DNA of 64,000 nucleotides from contig JAUIDN010000018.1 in assembly GCA_030428615.1 (NCBI GenBank), forward strand, positions 2,279-66,278, given 5' to 3'. The stretch comes from Alphaproteobacteria bacterium. GTDB taxonomy: Bacteria > Pseudomonadota > Alphaproteobacteria > Sphingomonadales > Emcibacteraceae. A program made the position numbers and the translations under genes. The stretch's first letter is position 1. Each line of letters opens with the position of its first letter. This document shows, piece after piece, positions 59,040 to 64,000 of this stretch. The notes below the pieces were generated by a model. It did not search any database and was not told the origin of the DNA. It worked only from the letters and a program-made list of their open reading frames with translations.

Positions 59040-60250
59040 AAGAAAAGCAAGTTAACAGTTACCGCACGGGTCCGGATGAAGATGGCCATTTTGGCATCTT
59101 CGGGGGACGATATGTTGCCGAAACACTTATGCCGCTTATCCTTGAAGTTGAGAAAACTTATAAACAGGCTAAAAATGACCCCGCTTTCAAGCAGGAATTT
59201 CATGAACTGCTTAAAGAATATGTAGGACGGCCCAACCCGCTTTATTTTGCCAAACGCATGACAGAGCATCTGGGCGGGGCAAAAATATATTTCAAACGCG
59301 AAGAATTGAACCACACCGGCGCGCATAAAATAAACAACTGCATCGGTCAGATTTTATTAGCGCGTCGCATGGGTAAAACCCGGATTATTGCAGAAACCGG
59401 TGCCGGACAGCATGGGGTTGCTACCGCGACGGTTTGTGCCCTTTTTGGTATGCCCTGCGTTGTCTATATGGGTGCAAAAGACATGGAACGGCAAAAACCG
59501 AATGTGTTTCGTATGAAACTTCTGGGTGCCGAAGTCATTCCCGTTACTTCCGGTTCAGAAAGCCTAAAAGACAGTATGAATGAGGCCCTTCGAGACTGGG
59601 TTACGAATGTTAATGACACGTTTTACATCATCGGTACTGCGGCCGGACCTCATCCGTATCCTGAACTCGTACGGGATTTTCAGAGTGTAATTGGTAACGA
59701 AGCGCGCACGCAGATACTTGAAAAAGAAGGGCGCCTTCCCGACAGCCTTGTTGCCTGCGTTGGTGGTGGATCAAACGCCATTGGCCTTTTTCATCCGTTT
59801 CTTGATGACGAGGTTGATATTTACGCTGTCGAAGCGGCTGGTCACGGGGTGGATACCGATAAACACGCAGCTTCGCTAAGTGGTGGAGCACCGGGAGTGC
59901 TTCACGGAAACCGAACTTATCTTTTGATGGATGATGACGGTCAAATTCTGGAAGCTCACTCAATTTCCGCCGGCCTTGACTACCCAGGTATCGGGCCTGA
60001 ACATAGTTTTTTGAACGACGTAGGTCGCGTGAACTATGTGCCCATCGATGACAATGAAGCACTTGAAGCATTTCAACTTTGCACCCGGCTTGAAGGTATC
60101 ATTCCTGCCCTTGAAAGTGCACACGCTATCGCGTACGTGATGAAACTGGCCCCCACTCTTCCCAAGGATCACATCATGATCATGGGGTTAAGCGGACGGG
60201 GGGACAAGGATATATTCACTGTAGCAAAAGCATTGGGTGAGGAAATATAG
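59036..60250 (+). CDS. trpB: Tryptophan synthase beta chain
   Basis: [20 protein letters not shown] (PLP Lys) and GGGSNA motifs. Confidence 0.97.
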   Translation: MKEKQVNSYRTGPDEDGHFGIFGGRYVAETLMPLILEVEKTYKQAKNDPAFKQEFHELLKEYVGRPNPLYFAKRMTEHLGGAKIYFKREELNHTGAHKINNCIGQILLARRMGKTRIIAETGAGQHGVATATVCALFGMPCVVYMGAKDMERQKPNVFRMKLLGAEVIPVTSGSESLKDSMNEALRDWVTNVNDTFYIIGTAAGPHPYPELVRDFQSVIGNEARTQILEKEGRLPDSLVACVGGGSNAIGLFHPFLDDEVDIYAVEAAGHGVDTDKHAASLSGGAPGVLHGNRTYLLMDDDGQILEAHSISAGLDYPGIGPEHSFLNDVGRVNYVPIDDNEALEAFQLCTRLEGIIPALESAHAIAYVMKLAPTLPKDHIMIMGLSGRGDKDIFTVAKALGEEI

Positions 60251-60252
60251 TA

Positions 60253-61080
60253 ATGCCAATATCCAGGATTGAACAAAGGTTCCGAAACCTTAAAGAAGAC
60301 AATCGCGCCGGGTTGATTACATTTATAACGGCGGGTGACCCAGACCAAGAAACATCGTTGAATATTTTAAAGGGTTTGCCATGTGCTGGTGCGGACATTA
60401 TTGAGCTTGGCATGCCATTCTCAGACCCGATGGCTGATGGTCCGGCGATACAGGAAGCAAGCATTCGCGCCTTAAAAAATAAAATGACTCTTTCCAAAAC
60501 ATTGGAAATGGTTGGTAAATTCCGTGAGAACGACAAAGAAACCCCGATCATCCTTATGGGATATTATAACCCTATCTATATTTACGGTGTTGATAAGTTT
60601 CTGGGTGATGCCAACCGGGTCGGCGTAGACGGTTTAATTATCGTTGATCTTCCACCCGAAGAAGACAGCGAACTCGCCATTCCGGCAAAGCATGCAGATA
60701 TTGCGATGATCCATTTGGCAACACCAACAACGGATAAAAACCGGCTTGAGCGAATATTGGAAAATGGATCAGGATTTCTTTATTATGTTACCATAGCGGG
60801 CATAACAGGATCCGCCAAACCGGACCTCAGTCCTGTGAAAGGTGCGTTGGCGGGTTTTCGCGAAATATCAACAATTCCAATGGCTATCGGGTTTGGCATT
60901 AAATCTCCGGAAGACGCCGCACGGTTCGCAGAATTCGCCGATGCCGTCGTTGTCGGGTCTGCGATCGTTGATGTGATCAAAAATAATCTTGAACAAGAAA
61001 ATCTTGCAAATTCTGTATTAGAGAGTAGAGTCCTATCTTTTGTAGGCGAACTTGCTCAGGGCGTAAGAAACGCCCGTTGA
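60253..61080 (+). CDS. trpA: Tryptophan synthase alpha chain
   Basis: ELG.PFSDP.ADGP.IQ and GFGI motifs. 275 aa. Confidence 0.95.
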   Translation: MPISRIEQRFRNLKEDNRAGLITFITAGDPDQETSLNILKGLPCAGADIIELGMPFSDPMADGPAIQEASIRALKNKMTLSKTLEMVGKFRENDKETPIILMGYYNPIYIYGVDKFLGDANRVGVDGLIIVDLPPEEDSELAIPAKHADIAMIHLATPTTDKNRLERILENGSGFLYYVTIAGITGSAKPDLSPVKGALAGFREISTIPMAIGFGIKSPEDAARFAEFADAVVVGSAIVDVIKNNLEQENLANSVLESRVLSFVGELAQGVRNAR

Positions 61081-61097
61081 AAAAGTGAGGTATCGAT

Positions 61098-61955
61098 ATG
61101 AACTGGTTGACAAATTTTGTACGTCCAAAAATCCAAAACATCATTGGACAAAAATCAGAGACCCCTGACAACCTTTGGCACAAATGTAGAAATTGCGGTC
61201 AGTTGCTTTACGTAAATGACATCGAAAAAAATCTTCATATTTGCCCCAACTGCGATCATCATGAACGAATTGGCCCAACGGAACGGTTTAAAAACCTTTT
61301 TAATAACGGTGAATATAAACTGGTCGACTTGCCCCCGACAAATGAAGACCCGCTAAAATTTAAAGATCAGAAAAAATATACCGAACGCCTGAAGGCGGCC
61401 CGAAATAAAAGTGAATTCCAGGATGCTATAGCGGTTGCCTACGGAAAAATGGGTACTGTAAATACGGTGGTTGCTGTACAAAATTTTCTTTTTATGGGTG
61501 GATCAATGGGGGTTGGCGTCGGCAATGGAATTGTCACCGCCGCCGAAAAGGCAATTGAAAAAAAGACCCCCCTTATTTTATTCACAGCCGCCGGAGGCGC
61601 GCGTATGCAAGAGGGCATTTTATCCCTCATGCAAATGCCGCGTTGCACCGTGGCCGTACAACGCCTTCGCGATGCAGGGCTCCCTTATATCGTGGTGCTG
61701 ACAGACCCGACAACGGGGGGCGTCACCGCGTCATACGCTATGCTTGGTGATATTCAAATTGCCGAACCAAATGCATTGATTTGTTTTGCCGGACCCCGCG
61801 TCATTAAAGATACCATAAGAGAAGAGCTTCCGGATGGGTTCCAAAGGAGTGAATATCTCCTTGAGCATGGAATGATTGATATGATTGTTCACCGTGCAAA
61901 AATGAAAGAAACGCTTACCCAGCTTCTTAGTCTTTTGGTGAATAAAGCGGCGTAG
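61098..61955 (+). CDS. accD: Acetyl-CoA carboxylase carboxyltransferase beta subunit
   Basis: Zinc ribbon C..C......C..C, then FMGGSMG and GGARMQEG motifs. Confidence 0.95.
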   Translation: MNWLTNFVRPKIQNIIGQKSETPDNLWHKCRNCGQLLYVNDIEKNLHICPNCDHHERIGPTERFKNLFNNGEYKLVDLPPTNEDPLKFKDQKKYTERLKAARNKSEFQDAIAVAYGKMGTVNTVVAVQNFLFMGGSMGVGVGNGIVTAAEKAIEKKTPLILFTAAGGARMQEGILSLMQMPRCTVAVQRLRDAGLPYIVVLTDPTTGGVTASYAMLGDIQIAEPNALICFAGPRVIKDTIREELPDGFQRSEYLLEHGMIDMIVHRAKMKETLTQLLSLLVNKAA

Positions 61956-61969
61956 GTATAGCTACAATT

Positions 61970-63238
61970 ATGCGCGAAAGCGATCAAATATTAGAGCGAT
62001 TATTAACGCTTCACCCAAAAATTATAGATCTGTCCTTGGATAGAATGCATGACATTCTTGAAAAAATGGGAAATCCGCACAAAAAACTGCCTCCTGTTAT
62101 CCATGTCGCGGGCACCAATGGTAAAGGATCAACGATATCATATCTGCGATCCATACTGGAAGCGGCTAACTTGTCTGTACATGTATATACATCTCCGCAT
62201 TTGGTAAAATTTGCCGAACGGATTCGGTTGAATGGCAAAATTATTGATGAAGACTATCTGAAACAAATTCTCGAATATTGCGAAACGATAAATGAAGGAA
62301 GTCCCATAACCTATTTCGAGATCACGACTGCGGCAGCGCTCAAGGCATTTTCTGAAACCCCTGCTGATGTGTTGATACTTGAAGTCGGCCTTGGCGGACG
62401 ACTTGACGCAACAAATGTTGTTGACCTGCCGATGTCCACAGTAATTACGCCCATTTCCATTGATCATGAACAGTTCTTGGGGACCAACCTCCATATGATT
62501 GCGATAGAGAAAGCCGGCATCGCCAAAAAGGGAATCCCACTTATTGTTGCCAAGCAAAATGCCAAAGTGGAGGAAAAAATTCAGGAAATCGCCGCTAAAA
62601 ACGGGGCTAATCTAATGAATGATTGGTCTTTTGAGAAACTTAAAAAAGGATTTAGATATAAAGACGCAACAGGCGAATTCAACTTGCCGGCGCCAAATTT
62701 AATTGGCGACCATCAGGTGAGCAATGCTGCCACCGCAATCGCCGCGCTCCGACACCAGACAAACTTAACGATAACACCCGAACATTGTAAGACGGGCGTA
62801 ACAAAAGCGAAATGGCCCGCGCGGATGCAGAATATAACTGATAGTCCTTTTGGACGGCTTCTGCCAAATGGTAGCGAACTCTGGCTGGACGGCGGGCACA
62901 ACCCTGCAGCAGGAAAAATAATCGCCGAACATTTTAAAGGCGAAAAAATGATACTGATTTGCGGCATGATGAAAAATAAGGACGTGAAAGGGTTGCTTGA
63001 GCCCTTGGCTGCACATACACAAAAATTATTTGGCGTCGACATAGAAGGCGAAGTGAGCCATACCGCGACGGAAATTGTAAAGTTTGCCTGGGCGCTCGAA
63101 ATAACGGCGCAAACGGCGACAAGCGTCGAAGATGCCCTCAATCAGATCGATAACAAAGACCCTGTTAAGGTGCTTATTTGCGGTTCATTATATCTCGCCG
63201 GGCAGGTACTTGGTGATAATGACTTGATCCCGGATTAA
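61970..63238 (+). CDS. folC: Bifunctional folylpolyglutamate synthase / dihydrofolate synthase
   Basis: HVAGTNGKGS P-loop and EVGLGGRLDATN motifs. Position after accD. Confidence 0.92.
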   Translation: MRESDQILERLLTLHPKIIDLSLDRMHDILEKMGNPHKKLPPVIHVAGTNGKGSTISYLRSILEAANLSVHVYTSPHLVKFAERIRLNGKIIDEDYLKQILEYCETINEGSPITYFEITTAAALKAFSETPADVLILEVGLGGRLDATNVVDLPMSTVITPISIDHEQFLGTNLHMIAIEKAGIAKKGIPLIVAKQNAKVEEKIQEIAAKNGANLMNDWSFEKLKKGFRYKDATGEFNLPAPNLIGDHQVSNAATAIAALRHQTNLTITPEHCKTGVTKAKWPARMQNITDSPFGRLLPNGSELWLDGGHNPAAGKIIAEHFKGEKMILICGMMKNKDVKGLLEPLAAHTQKLFGVDIEGEVSHTATEIVKFAWALEITAQTATSVEDALNQIDNKDPVKVLICGSLYLAGQVLGDNDLIPD

Positions 63239-63281
63239 GGCCTGATAAAATAACCGAAACCCTTAAAATCAGGTATGCCTA

Positions 63282-63908
63282 ATGACTGACACACGTCTAT
63301 ATTTAATCACCCCTTCAAAATTTGATCTTGATACCTTTTCCGCCCAACTGAAGGACGCCCTGGAAGGCGGTGATGTTGCAAGTGTCCAATTACGCATGAA
63401 AGAAAGTTATGATGAGGAAATAATCAAAGCAGCGCGTACTTTAATGCCAATTTGCCATGCAAGAGATGTGGCCTTTATTATTAATGATCGGCCCGATATT
63501 GCCGTCAAGGTAAATGCCGATGGCGTTCATATAGGACAGGAGGATCAAAGTTATAAAGAAACCCGGGAAATGTTGGGCGACGATAAAATTATCGGGGTCA
63601 CATGCAAGAGCAGCAAACATTTGGCAATGACTGCCGGTGAACAAGGGGCAGATTACATTGCATTCGGATCATTTTTCCCAACCACAACGAAAATTACGAC
63701 GTCCATGGCGAAACCCGAGATACTCACATGGTGGCAGGAATTATTCGAAATACCCTGTGTGGCGATTGGCGGCATAACGGAAGATAATGCCGATATAGTG
63801 GCAAAAGCAGGCGCAGATTTTGTCGCTGTGTGCGCCGGCGTATGGGACCACGAAATGGGCGCAAAGGAAGCGGTTAAAAAAATCAATCAGGTTATCAGCG
63901 AGGTTTGA
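63282..63908 (+). CDS. thiE: Thiamine-phosphate synthase
   Basis: LYLIT, INDR.D.A....ADGVHIGQ.D and GGI motifs. Confidence 0.9.
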   Translation: MTDTRLYLITPSKFDLDTFSAQLKDALEGGDVASVQLRMKESYDEEIIKAARTLMPICHARDVAFIINDRPDIAVKVNADGVHIGQEDQSYKETREMLGDDKIIGVTCKSSKHLAMTAGEQGADYIAFGSFFPTTTKITTSMAKPEILTWWQELFEIPCVAIGGITEDNADIVAKAGADFVAVCAGVWDHEMGAKEAVKKINQVISEV

Positions 63909-63920
63909 CAATATTTTTTT

Positions 63921-64000
63921 ATGAATGACCATCCTGTTTTATACAGCTTCCGAAGATGCCCTTATGCGATGAGAGCTAGGCTGGCACTCACGGCTAGTGA
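63921..64000 (+). CDS. N-terminal fragment of a GST-N/glutaredoxin-2-like protein (runs off the window)
   Basis: MNDHPVLYSFRRCPYAMRARLAL matches the N-terminal thioredoxin-like motif of that family. Only 26 codons are visible. Confidence 0.4.
   Translation, partial: MNDHPVLYSFRRCPYAMRARLALTAS

Overview
This window looks like an alphaproteobacterial chromosome. That call rests on gene order: an F0 operon with both b and b' subunits, ctaCDBGE-SURF1, glyQS-ppdK, aroA-cmk-rpsA-ihfB and pyrF-trpFBA-accD-folC. Bases ~9.1-64 kb are ordinary, densely packed core genome. They also carry prfC, smc, mutY, thrC, tldD, xylBA and thiE, two tRNAs and a few clear intrinsic terminators.

The first ~9 kb is an accessory, mobile-element-like segment that abuts tRNA-Val(GAC) at 9013-9087 on the minus strand. 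In order it contains:
- a phage-type DNA methylase (partial), a DUF5681 protein and a terminase large subunit;
- a DUF2924 protein plus a large serine recombinase;
- a visibly AT-richer cargo region.

The cargo region holds the most interesting locus. It is a 775-aa fusion of a PHP phosphoesterase domain to a coiled-coil SMC/Rad50-type ABC ATPase (4508-6835). It is translationally coupled through an ATGA overlap to a 78-aa strongly acidic protein (6832-7068). I read this pair as a candidate anti-phage or anti-plasmid defence module. It is related in architecture to the single-gene Ppl class but carries an extra partner gene.

Next to it lies an Xre(DUF2384)-RES toxin-antitoxin pair. That pair is bracketed by two copies of a ~80-nt conserved element, and each copy sits ~90 nt from a tRNA 3' end: one real and one decayed. 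This suggests tandem accretion of islands at the tRNA.

Smaller observations in the core region include a histone-H1-like Lys/Ala/Pro tail on ribosomal protein S1, a perfect FNR/FixK box upstream of the aa3 oxidase operon, and two small membrane ORFs absent from the supplied six-frame ORF track. All family assignments come from motif reading by eye. No database search was run.
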